Positions 1-10,000 of a stretch of DNA of 64,000 nucleotides are shown here, in pieces. The stretch's first letter is position 1. The number at the start of each line of letters is the position of its first letter. This DNA is from a virus, in IMG/VR virus record IMGVR_UViG_2718218475_000005, positions 5,418 through 69,417 of that record, one strand, 5' to 3'. Below the pieces are notes generated by a model. It made no database searches, was not told the origin of the DNA, and saw only the letters and a program-made list of their open reading frames with translations. Both the position numbers and the translations under genes were made by a program.

Positions 1-388
1 CGTCCGTTGCCAATACTGCGCCCACTGGTAGTCTGGCCGCTTTGGCTGCCTGACCAGCAAAGTCAGCTTCGGCAATTGCTTGAGCCTTAGTTTTATAATG
101 GGCAAAGTGATAGCCGTTGACGTATAAGCCAGCTGCTTGACCATTAGCGATATTGCTAGCAGCATAGCCATCTTTGAAGGTTGTACCTTCACTAATCTTT
201 ACGGTAAGGGCCTTAACACCAAATTCATTACGCATCGAAACATACTCTGTCGTTGACATGTAGCCGTTGTTATTAGACACATCGACCATATCCATACGAG
301 CAGCCTGACTGGTAACGTTGATCATTAAAAAGGCCATAAAAATGGCGCCCATCATTAAGATGAGTGCCTTTAATTTACGTTTATTCAA
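1..388 (-). CDS. Endolysin A, N-terminal part (signal peptide + GH25 muramidase), truncated by window edge
   Basis: TTG at 388 after GGAGGT RBS; MNKRKLKALILMMGAIFMAF...RMDMVDVSNNNGY; colinear with 27723-28110. Confidence 0.93.
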   Translation of the reverse strand, partial: MNKRKLKALILMMGAIFMAFLMINVTSQAARMDMVDVSNNNGYMSTTEYVSMRNEFGVKALTVKISEGTTFKDGYAASNIANGQAAGLYVNGYHFAHYKTKAQAIAEADFAGQAAKAARLPVGAVLATD

Positions 389-515
389 TTGTCTACCTCC
401 TATTTGTCATTCCTGATTGAACGGTCAAAAGCATCCTAAAATACACTGGCCTAGTCGTTTTAACTTATTAATTTTCAATTCACCATCTCTTCAAAGTTCA
501 TCTTTCACTTAATAC

Positions 516-953
516 TTATGATGTTGGCAATTCATTCTTAAGAATGGATTGCAGCACACTCTGCGCCTCCGACATCGTAACATCGTCTAACTTCTTATCT
601 GAAAAATCTGATTCAGTGGCAGTAACATTCGCATTCACATATGTGCCAGTTTCAGACTGATTAAATTGAGTGGATACCGATGAAATCTTGCCAGCAGTAA
701 AACTCCACCCACCATTAACTGCAATTAGAGAGTCAATTACTGATGGAATCTTATCCACCGCACGTTTGGATAATTCTTTTTTGGTTAGATCATCGAAAGT
801 TTCATCTTTAGCTAAGTCAGTCGGATAAATAGTGACATTTGCTGTAATAGTTACTCGACCTTCTACTTCACCACGAAGGCCTGCAATTACAGAGCTCGTA
901 TTACCAGTTCCATCTATATTATAAGAGATGCTAGTGTTTAATAATTCCATCAT
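516..953 (-). CDS. Hypothetical phage protein (between fibre and lysin)
   Basis: 145-aa ORF, abuts upstream ORF. Confidence 0.75.
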   Translation of the reverse strand: MMELLNTSISYNIDGTGNTSSVIAGLRGEVEGRVTITANVTIYPTDLAKDETFDDLTKKELSKRAVDKIPSVIDSLIAVNGGWSFTAGKISSVSTQFNQSETGTYVNANVTATESDFSDKKLDDVTMSEAQSVLQSILKNELPTS

Positions 954-1402
954 TATTCCCCTTTTCCATATGCTTTATCGAACTGATCAAATACTAATGC
1001 GTATACTTGAGCTACTTGCCCTTCCATCTCATATGGATAGCCCTCAAGTGCATGAAATAAAGCTTTCATTCGTGCAGAATATGAGCTGATTTCAATGCTT
1101 ACAGGTTCGTTAACTAATTGATCAAACTCTTTTTGAGCTTCGTCCATGGTGTAGTCATCTTTCAGAATTAGAGTCTTTTTGTCTTTCTGATAAATAAAAT
1201 CTCCGGCTTCATCTGTTTTAAAAAAGTTCTTTTGTGTTGCTAATTGGTCAGCGTTAAATTGCTTGTTTAGGTCTTCAAGATGATTGATCAACCAGGTGCG
1301 CCCAAGAGAAGCTCGACCTTTAAGCTTGAACGCTGCTAAAGTGTTTCCAATGGTCACCAGTTGCCCATTTGTGAATGTTACTTCTTCTTTTCTTGCTGTC
1401 AT
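953..1402 (-). CDS. Hypothetical phage protein
   Basis: 149-aa ORF with GAGGC RBS, in operon after the fibre. Confidence 0.8.
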   Translation of the reverse strand: MTARKEEVTFTNGQLVTIGNTLAAFKLKGRASLGRTWLINHLEDLNKQFNADQLATQKNFFKTDEAGDFIYQKDKKTLILKDDYTMDEAQKEFDQLVNEPVSIEISSYSARMKALFHALEGYPYEMEGQVAQVYALVFDQFDKAYGKGE

Positions 1403-1423
1403 AATTAACTATGCCTCTTTCAT

Positions 1424-4400
1424 TTATTTGACTTTAGTTTCTAATTCAGTTATACGATCCCGATAATTACGAATCAACGGGATAAGAGCTAATGCGACTC
1501 GGTCATACTGGATACCCCTGACTGCCCCTTTGTCATCGTATTCAACAAGTTCGTTCAGACCAGCATCATCCAGATCATCGGCGATCATTCCAAAGTAAGT
1601 TTCTGGATTTTTAGCACTAGGATTGAGCGTCTTGGATAGTACTTCTTCTTTGTCTTTCCAATGCGCAACTGGAACTTCTAGGAGTTTGTCCCCCATCCCA
1701 GTTTCAAATGATCGAACAATGTCTGTTTTGTACTTAGCGGCGGAGTTCGACGGAACTAATGCACCGTCTGGGGCCAAATAGGCGTTTGCGCCATGAGATG
1801 TTGAATGGGTACTCTTTAGATAAATGTAACTAGCCTGCATACTGATGTTAGAACCATGTAGACCTGTCCCTGCATGACCAGGATCACCAACTCTTATATA
1901 CGGTGAGAGACCTATGCCATCAGTGAATTCACGACCACCGGATATAAGCACACCCCGTTCCGCACCGCCGATCTTGGTTACTTGCCATCCGGAGGTCGAA
2001 TGCCCTCCAGAAATACCTGCGAACTTTTCTTCTCCCATTGGCGAAGTAAAGATATTTCCATCGTTAGCTCCGTTAGTGACCACAAAATAGTCACGTCCCC
2101 AGAACGTTGCACCACCCCATGAGGCCCCCGCCTGAGCGTTACTGATGCGAACATACGGCGTAGATTGACTTGAGAATAATGTCGGTTGGATCATTTGAAT
2201 TTCCCCACCAGATATAAATACACGATTATCCTTGTCAGCAACTGAGATATACTTATTATTAATGTTAATATCAATTGCATTATCAGACGAATGGATACGT
2301 CCCGCCTGGAACTCAACATTACCAGTATTCAGATTAATTGATAGGTTACTGCCTTTAATTGTACCGGTCGTTATATTATTCGCATTCAAATTGATTACGT
2401 TTATATGCGCAGCATTGATAGTACCTGCAGTAATTTTACCAGCATCTATGCTTTCAATCATGGAGTTCTTAATGATTGCATTATCAATGTAGGTATCCGC
2501 CGTAATATGCAGTTTAGTACCGTATATCTTGGTTCCTTCAGGGGAAATATTAATTGCGTTAATAACCCCATTCTTTTCAACACGAAGATTAATCCGGTCA
2601 TTAGTTTGAAGTATAGCAGAATATGCGTGCTCAAGTTCTGCATTACTTACATTATCAGGAACATAGGCTGCAGCAGTAGCTCCTTGGTTGAGCATTGGGC
2701 ATATCATAGCAACATGGCCACCACCATGAACTTGGAATGCAAGGCAAACTGTTTCAGTTCCAGCCGGAGGAACAGCATTTTCAACTTTAATTAGTTCCAT
2801 TCCACGGCTGGTTTTATACGTTTCCTTAAGCCCAATACGATTACCCTTAGTGTCGTAAAATTCAATAGTAATTACCGCAGCGAGGCCAACGGTATCGATA
2901 TTCACATAAGCACTAGCCGACCAAGGAGTCGAGATATCTTGTCCAATAACAATTCTTCTAGAGTGCAAAGCATACCAGACACTATTGTCAGTCGTCGTTG
3001 GTTGATTGAAGCAAATACCTTGATACCCATTAACCCATGACCAAGCAAAATCTGATTTGTACCACATATCAGTAGTCGCACCAGTTGTAGTCCAAGATGG
3101 TCCGCTTAGATAGTCGTATTGGAACTGTGAGTTAGTCACAATATTTCTTGAACCAAAGGTATTGACCTGCCCTACAACAGAAGTTATCTGGTTACTTAAT
3201 TGATCTACCTTGGACTGATAGGTACTGCCATCAACTTTTCCACTAACAGTCGTTTGGATGCTGTTAATAGTTTGAGAGATACTTGAAACTGCATCAACTG
3301 TTGCGTTGTCCAATGGATTGGTGGAATAGTCCGTAGCATTTGAACCTAGCTCTAATTTCATATTGGAGAATGTAATAGTAGCTGTCGAAGGCACATTATC
3401 TAAGCGGAGATAAGCACCTTGCTGTGAATAGCCATCTAACTTGATTGTTGCTACATAATGCTTCTTTGTGGTACCAACGGCCGCATTATTAAGGTAGCCC
3501 ATCCAAGTCCCACCGTCTCCGCTAGCACTATTTTGGATTGTAAAGTTCGCAGAAGCCGTAGAAATGGCATCAAAACTTAGAGTTACTGTCGTTCCTTTTT
3601 CGAGTCTTCTGCTTAGTGCGTACATTAGTGTCGCCTGGTTAACCCCACCATTACCCGTCATAATGAATGGGTTATAGGTTTTCAATAACAGGTTAGTTCC
3701 CACAGCACTATCTATCACCTGTTGCTGAACAGTCAACAAAGTGCTATTAAATGCTGTAGCACTCGCTTGCAATTGACTAATATCATGCTTATTAGTGTTA
3801 TTGTCGGTGCTCAGAGAATCAAAGCTAGCAGACAAAGACTTAGTGGATGCCTGGAGCGTACCAATATCGGTAGTGTGCTTACCGATAGTGTTATTGACTG
3901 TCGTAAATTGAGCTTTAAACCCATTTGAATCAGCTTGGAGGTTATTGATACTGGTTGTATGGCCATCAACCGTACTCTTGACACTGGATATCGTGCCATT
4001 AATCCCATTAGCACTAATATTAATCTGATTTTGCGCCCAAGTTTCAGTAGCGTAACCGTTAAGGTCTTTCTTCTCAATCTTCTTGGAAATATCAGCTTTC
4101 ATACCGTCAACAGTTTGAGAAAGCTTGGATAAAGCAGTAACTGTAGCATTATCAGCTGGATTAGGGCACCAATCAGTAGATAGACTGCCTTTTTCTACCT
4201 TGATTCCGGCAATCTGCAGAGTGTTGGTATTTCCATTAGTTCGTTCAATCCGAGGACGTAAATAACCATCACTAGTGACAACTGTTGTTCCTGAAACTCT
4301 CTGCCATGAATCTGTTATAGTTACTGTGTTATGGCCTATATCTGTTGCAGCAGAGCTATAACTACCTTCAGTTGGATTGTTGAGTGGCCAGTAGATGCTG

Positions 4401-6679
4401 CTTGTTCCAGTACCACTTATATATTTTGCATATACACTATAAGTTAAAACATCACCTTTTTTAACTTGGATATATTGGCTTACCCCATTCCAATCTTCTG
4501 TTGTCTGCATTACAGCTAGTCCATTATAGGTATCCGTGATTTTTGTCCACAAACTGGCTGCGTACCATGATGCTGGGTTGTCAAAATTCTTGGTATCGGT
4601 ATACAAGTTTGTCCCCACAGCACTGTTTTGAACCTGTGTTTGAACCGTCGTCATCGTGCTATTCAGTTCTGTGGCAGTCTGCTGAAGTTGACTAATGTTG
4701 TTCTTATTAGTTGTATTATCCGTTGTTAACGTATTGAATCCGGTAGTCAGTTCTTTTGACGTGGCTTGCAAGGTACCAATGTCAGTAGTCTGCTTACCGA
4801 GAGTATTGTTAACTGTTGTAAACTGACTCTTAAAAGAACTTGAGTCAGCCTTGAGGTCATTTATACTGGTTGTCTGAGCATCAACAGTACTCTTGATACT
4901 GGACATGGTTCCGTTAATTCCATCAGCAGTCATTTTAATCTGATTTTGAGTCCAGGTCTGGGTGGCATATCCGTCGAGATCAGTCTTAGTCAGTTTGGCA
5001 GCTAGGCCATTCTGTAACTCAGCAATGGTCATAGTTGAACCATCAGTTAAAGTTTTATAACTCTGACTAACTGCTCCAGCAATTTGCTTAGCATCTTTAG
5101 AGTCAGCGGCAGCAGAAGAAGCCTGTTTAACTGCAGCACTAGCGTCACTTTGGGCACCAAGTGCACTAGCTAAGGCACTATCTGCCTTTTGGTCAACTTT
5201 TCCGAATTCCGAGGCTGTAGAGTTTGCTGTGGCAACTGCAGCACTAGCGTCACTTTGAGCACTTACAGCTTTGTCTAGTGCTTGATTAGCTAATGCATTT
5301 GTATCATCGTACTTGGCCGCAAGCTGGTCAGCTTTATCACTGGCCGCTTTAGCTGCATCTGTACTAGCCTTAGCTTCCAGTTCCACTTGGTCAACTTTTG
5401 CTTTCACTTCTTCCCCAGTAGCGTCCGACACAGTAAGTACCCATTTACCAGTTCCATCTGCCTGACGCTCGTAAGTCCACAATTCAACTTTATTACCGTT
5501 CTGCTTGTACCAGATATCGTTAAATTTAGCTCCGTATGGCGGTTCAGTTGTATCTGTACCATAGATATAGTTACCCGAAGCACCTTGCCGTCCACCTAAG
5601 TCAGCAACATATTGTGATAGCTCGCCTCGCCAAGCATAGCTACTACTAGAGGTTGAGGTCTGATCTGCTTTAGAAACAGCAGACAAACTGCCATCAAACG
5701 TCATAGTATAACCATTATTAGGCACGTTGAACTTGTTTCCTTTAGTATCCTGTAGTGTTAGCCAATCGCCAGCTTCTATTGCAGGATTGCCAAACCAATT
5801 CAAACTGAAAGGGTAGAAGGTCAAGCTTTGTAACTGTTGCCATATTGATGCTAAACGATCCATTGTCATCAAATTGTTGGTGAGTTTAATCTGTGATCCT
5901 AACGTTGCCCCTACTTGAAGCGTGTTTGTAGTTTCGGTACTCTGACCTGTTGAATCCGTAGTAGTCGTTGTGACCTCACACTGAATACCGCCAATTTTGT
6001 ATGGTGCTTCATTTTTTGTTAAGCCACCTTGTTCATATTGGCTCGGATCTAATGTATAATCTGGCTCTGTAATCGTGCGAATTGTTAATTTGCCGTCCCT
6101 ATCAAACGTTGCAAATCCAGCATAAAATTGAGCAATCATGCCAATTGCATTTCGATACGTTTGACCGGTAATAGCACTCGGTAAGTTAACTTGTACAGGC
6201 AAACGACTAATGTCAGTTGTATTGAGTAACACGCCAGCCAAATTTGCAATTTCTGCAATCACACTGGTCATTTTAGCAGGGTAAGTTAACTTAGAAGTGT
6301 AGGTACCCTCCAGTAGACACATCTGGTCATATGCCTTAATTGTTGTCTCATCGTTGTTTCGGTCCATTTGAATGTCATCTGATACGATAAAAAGACCAAG
6401 CGAGCTATACTCATAGCCATTAGATGTTTTTATACCAATCTTAGGCCATACCGTCATGCCGAGTTTAAGTCCTTCAATTAAGTGCGAAAACTTAATTGTC
6501 ACGCTGTTTTCATAATTCGAGCCAATACCAAACGTATCTCCAGTATAGCCACCTGCGTCATATGAAATGGATGCAATATCTGTCGTCTTATAGTCAATCT
6601 TGTTAATTGTGACAACTGCATCCAACGTCCGTTCAGTTGCCTTCCATGCAGCGAGGGCTAAATCAGATTGCTTAATCAT
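1424..6679 (-). CDS. Tail fibre / host-specificity protein with three CBM-like cassettes and C-terminal peptidase S74-type chaperone
   Basis: 1751 aa; coiled-coil repeats; GTNLY/GTNLL...KLExG..TDW cassettes; C-terminal S.AKYKTDI...GMIADDL...IQYDRV coiled-coil tail typical of intramolecular chaperones. Confidence 0.85.
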   Translation of the reverse strand: MIKQSDLALAAWKATERTLDAVVTINKIDYKTTDIASISYDAGGYTGDTFGIGSNYENSVTIKFSHLIEGLKLGMTVWPKIGIKTSNGYEYSSLGLFIVSDDIQMDRNNDETTIKAYDQMCLLEGTYTSKLTYPAKMTSVIAEIANLAGVLLNTTDISRLPVQVNLPSAITGQTYRNAIGMIAQFYAGFATFDRDGKLTIRTITEPDYTLDPSQYEQGGLTKNEAPYKIGGIQCEVTTTTTDSTGQSTETTNTLQVGATLGSQIKLTNNLMTMDRLASIWQQLQSLTFYPFSLNWFGNPAIEAGDWLTLQDTKGNKFNVPNNGYTMTFDGSLSAVSKADQTSTSSSSYAWRGELSQYVADLGGRQGASGNYIYGTDTTEPPYGAKFNDIWYKQNGNKVELWTYERQADGTGKWVLTVSDATGEEVKAKVDQVELEAKASTDAAKAASDKADQLAAKYDDTNALANQALDKAVSAQSDASAAVATANSTASEFGKVDQKADSALASALGAQSDASAAVKQASSAAADSKDAKQIAGAVSQSYKTLTDGSTMTIAELQNGLAAKLTKTDLDGYATQTWTQNQIKMTADGINGTMSSIKSTVDAQTTSINDLKADSSSFKSQFTTVNNTLGKQTTDIGTLQATSKELTTGFNTLTTDNTTNKNNISQLQQTATELNSTMTTVQTQVQNSAVGTNLYTDTKNFDNPASWYAASLWTKITDTYNGLAVMQTTEDWNGVSQYIQVKKGDVLTYSVYAKYISGTGTSSIYWPLNNPTEGSYSSAATDIGHNTVTITDSWQRVSGTTVVTSDGYLRPRIERTNGNTNTLQIAGIKVEKGSLSTDWCPNPADNATVTALSKLSQTVDGMKADISKKIEKKDLNGYATETWAQNQINISANGINGTISSVKSTVDGHTTSINNLQADSNGFKAQFTTVNNTIGKHTTDIGTLQASTKSLSASFDSLSTDNNTNKHDISQLQASATAFNSTLLTVQQQVIDSAVGTNLLLKTYNPFIMTGNGGVNQATLMYALSRRLEKGTTVTLSFDAISTASANFTIQNSASGDGGTWMGYLNNAAVGTTKKHYVATIKLDGYSQQGAYLRLDNVPSTATITFSNMKLELGSNATDYSTNPLDNATVDAVSSISQTINSIQTTVSGKVDGSTYQSKVDQLSNQITSVVGQVNTFGSRNIVTNSQFQYDYLSGPSWTTTGATTDMWYKSDFAWSWVNGYQGICFNQPTTTDNSVWYALHSRRIVIGQDISTPWSASAYVNIDTVGLAAVITIEFYDTKGNRIGLKETYKTSRGMELIKVENAVPPAGTETVCLAFQVHGGGHVAMICPMLNQGATAAAYVPDNVSNAELEHAYSAILQTNDRINLRVEKNGVINAINISPEGTKIYGTKLHITADTYIDNAIIKNSMIESIDAGKITAGTINAAHINVINLNANNITTGTIKGSNLSINLNTGNVEFQAGRIHSSDNAIDININNKYISVADKDNRVFISGGEIQMIQPTLFSSQSTPYVRISNAQAGASWGGATFWGRDYFVVTNGANDGNIFTSPMGEEKFAGISGGHSTSGWQVTKIGGAERGVLISGGREFTDGIGLSPYIRVGDPGHAGTGLHGSNISMQASYIYLKSTHSTSHGANAYLAPDGALVPSNSAAKYKTDIVRSFETGMGDKLLEVPVAHWKDKEEVLSKTLNPSAKNPETYFGMIADDLDDAGLNELVEYDDKGAVRGIQYDRVALALIPLIRNYRDRITELETKVK

Positions 6680-6693
6680 TAATTTTCACCCGC

Positions 6694-7056
6694 CTACTGT
6701 TCAATGAAATCCATTGAAACATTCTGCCAAATATAATCTGATGTCACTGGATTAAGTGTATAAATCGGTGCAGTCCGATCACCAACATAAAATGTCTTGG
6801 TCACTACTGCACCTTCTTGTGGGTCTAAATAACTGCAAGAAAAAAACTGTCCAGAGACAGCTTTTAGTATTGTGCTATTCTCGGCCAGTGTTAGCGGCCC
6901 CCATTTTACTGTTAACTTGCGTTTGATTGCGACACGGTCTCGATGCAAAAGTCCATTCGCGTCACGCGATGCTTTGGCATCGATATCTTGAATTGCAACT
7001 TCTAGGGACTGTGGTGCTTTAACCACTGTCCCACCAATCTTCAGTGAATATGTCAA
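6694..7056 (-). CDS. Short distal-tail (Dit-like) protein
   Basis: 120 aa directly after TMP; DxDA.ASRDANGLLHRDRVA motif. Confidence 0.7.
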   Translation of the reverse strand: MTYSLKIGGTVVKAPQSLEVAIQDIDAKASRDANGLLHRDRVAIKRKLTVKWGPLTLAENSTILKAVSGQFFSCSYLDPQEGAVVTKTFYVGDRTAPIYTLNPVTSDYIWQNVSMDFIEQ

Positions 7057-7069
7057 TCGTAATCATCTC

Positions 7070-10000
7070 CTATAGTCTCAACATGTTTTTACCATTCTTC
7101 TGATTTACCGCGTTAATGCCTTTAATAGCAGCATTACCGAACTTCTCATCACCAACTTGCAACGTCAAGTTCACATTGATCGGTTGATTGTTCATGCTGC
7201 CGCCAACGTTTGTCATTTGTAAGCCCTGTACAATCGCGTTAACGATGCTTGTTCCAAGCTCGTTAATGCCACCACTATTCATACTCTGTGTACTTGTATT
7301 ACTTGGCTGACTAGCCAGACTGCTCATATCCATCGACTGAGTTAAAGCTGCGGGCATTTGTAATCCATCACTGAACGTTTGTCCCATGAAGCTTAGTGCC
7401 TGCTTAATCAATTGCATTGACCGTGGAATGTTAGTTAAAGGTAAAACCATTTCCGGCTTATTCTGTTCAGCCACTTCGATCATTTGATGAGTATCAACAA
7501 GACCACCGTTAGCAAAACGGCGGTGCCCAATCGGTCCACTGTGCAACCAATCAAATTTAGGCGTGCCCCAAATGACTGTATGACCGGCAGCATTGTAATA
7601 GTCTGAGTTATTCAGATAAGCCAATACTTGGTCAAATGATGATCTGAAATTATGATGTCCAGGAAAAGAAAATGCATCAAAGGTTGACTTGACATACTGT
7701 AGTGGTCCACCTGCAGGATTACCAGCTAGCGAGTTCACATCAGTAATTGTCTGCATAATATTTCGATTCCCGGTCTCTGACTTAGCCACTTCAATGATAT
7801 CGTGTTGCATCTTTGACCACCGCGATTTAGGAACTTTAGTCATCTCGAGTGCGCGACTAATCATTGAATGAGTGATTGCACCACCATTTGGTCCTTCGCT
7901 CTCGCCGTATTCTTTGAGAATCTTACCGACCCAACTTTTAGCACTATCAACACTAAAATCCACCATACTTTTAGCAACATCTAGCGGATAGCCACCTAAG
8001 CCGGTAAATTTAACAAACTTGTTCATAGCAGCTTTCAATACTTTTTCAGGGTGCGTGACATCGTCCCAGATATCACTTGCCGTATCTTTCACACCATCGG
8101 CAAAACTGCCTACACTGTCCCCTATACCACTGAACAAATCACCAAAATTCGGCATGCTAAAGTTGAAACTTGGCAAATTGAAGTTACCAATACTTGAAAA
8201 GTCAAAATCAAAGTCTCCAATACCACCGGCATAGTGTGGCACCATTGCTGTTACTTTACGAGCCGTTTGTGCCGCATTGAGAATTTGAGTACCTCTCGGA
8301 AGATTGACCATCATATTGCGAACGGCTGGGAAAAGACCTGTTCGTCCATTTGGTAACTTGTATGCTTCACGATACTTATCACCAACCTGATCATTAACGA
8401 TTGCTGGACCACCTTTATGGCGACCACCAGTTGCAAATGAAGGAACACTCCAGTGGCTCAATGACTTTGCTTTGCTGGAGGCACCTACGTGATTGAGAAT
8501 CCATTTAATGCCATCGATAACGCCATTAACGGCTTTTCCAATCGTACCAATAATTGCATTAGCAACATCCGCAGAACCCTTTTTTACAGACTTCCAACCA
8601 GATGAAAGACCGCCACCAATTTTACCGCCTAAACCACCGGCCCATTTTGCAATTGTTTTACCCGTGCCAGTTCTAAACGAGGCAACCCAATTACCTAACT
8701 GAGTACCGGCTCTTAACGCAGCCGTCCTAGAACTCCCCATTCCAGAACTAGTCTTCGAGCCTAAACTTCCAGCCCAACTAGAGACAGTCTTACTTGCGCC
8801 AGTTCTAAAGTTATTAACCCATGAACCTAACTTACTACCCGCATTCTTGGCTAATCGTTTGCCATCTTCGACTTTAGTATTAACATTACTACCGATATTT
8901 GATGCCCATTTTCGAATACCGACGATTGCACCTTTAGATTTGCTCGTAAACTCAGACGTCCAGTTACCAATCTTTTTACCCGCTTCTTGAGCGGCCTTTT
9001 TACCATCAGAAACTTTCTTATGAACACCGCTGCCAATATTCGACGCCCAAGTATTAACGGTTCTTTTAGCGCCGCCAACAAAGCCAGTAGTCCAATTACC
9101 AATGTTCTTTCCTGCTTGTTGAAAATCCTTCTTGGCATTTGTTATATGAGTTCCAACTTTTTTACCAACACTCTTAGCCCAATCGGAGGCTTTACCCGGT
9201 AATTTCGATGCCCATTTAAGAATATTCTTACCTGTTTTTGTATCTTTAAGGAACCAGGAAGCAATCGTGCCAACCGGATTAATAATAAAACCAATTATTT
9301 TAGTCCAATTTTTAGAAATCCAATCGATTGAATCACCAAACCATTTGGTTATATTCTTCCAAACAGAATTACAAAAATCTCTAAATTTCTTATTATGTTT
9401 GTATAGCGCGACGAATCCAGCAACTAATGCAGCGATAGCCAATACCACTAATGCTACTGGATTCGCGTCCATAACTACATTCAATGCAGCTTGACCAACA
9501 GCAGCCAGTTTAGACCACACAGACCAACTCTTGAGCGCCTTCCAACCATCTGCTAATGCAGTAGCATAATCTGACCACTTCATTTTTGCAAGCGACCATA
9601 ATGTCTTCACGTTGCCAACAGCTTCTTCTAGCTTATCAATTCCAGTAATCCCTTTAAAAAAGTCTCTGAGAACATGCCCTTTACCACCAATAGTAGCCGC
9701 TTTGTCAGCTAATTTTCCAAGTAGTCCTATTCCATTACTTAGCCCCGTCATTGTTACTTTAAATGCAAACATAGTTACTAAGACTTTCGCCATTGCTTCA
9801 ACGGCCGTATGGTGTTTATCTACCCAACTGGAAATCCCACCTAATGCATCTGCTAACTTCTTAAGCATGCCAACGATAACTCCACCAGTCCACTTTGCTA
9901 ATGGCTCAAGGAACGAATCCCATATCCATTTAAAGGCTGGCTGTGAAGCTTGAATAATGCGGTGAAGCAACTTAAGCGCCGCAGCTAATGCATCGAAGAA

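Noticed and set aside
1424-6679. Diversity-generating retroelement or invertase shufflon acting on the fibre
   Set aside because: No reverse transcriptase, no adenine-specific TR/VR pair, no invertase or inverted cassette in the window.
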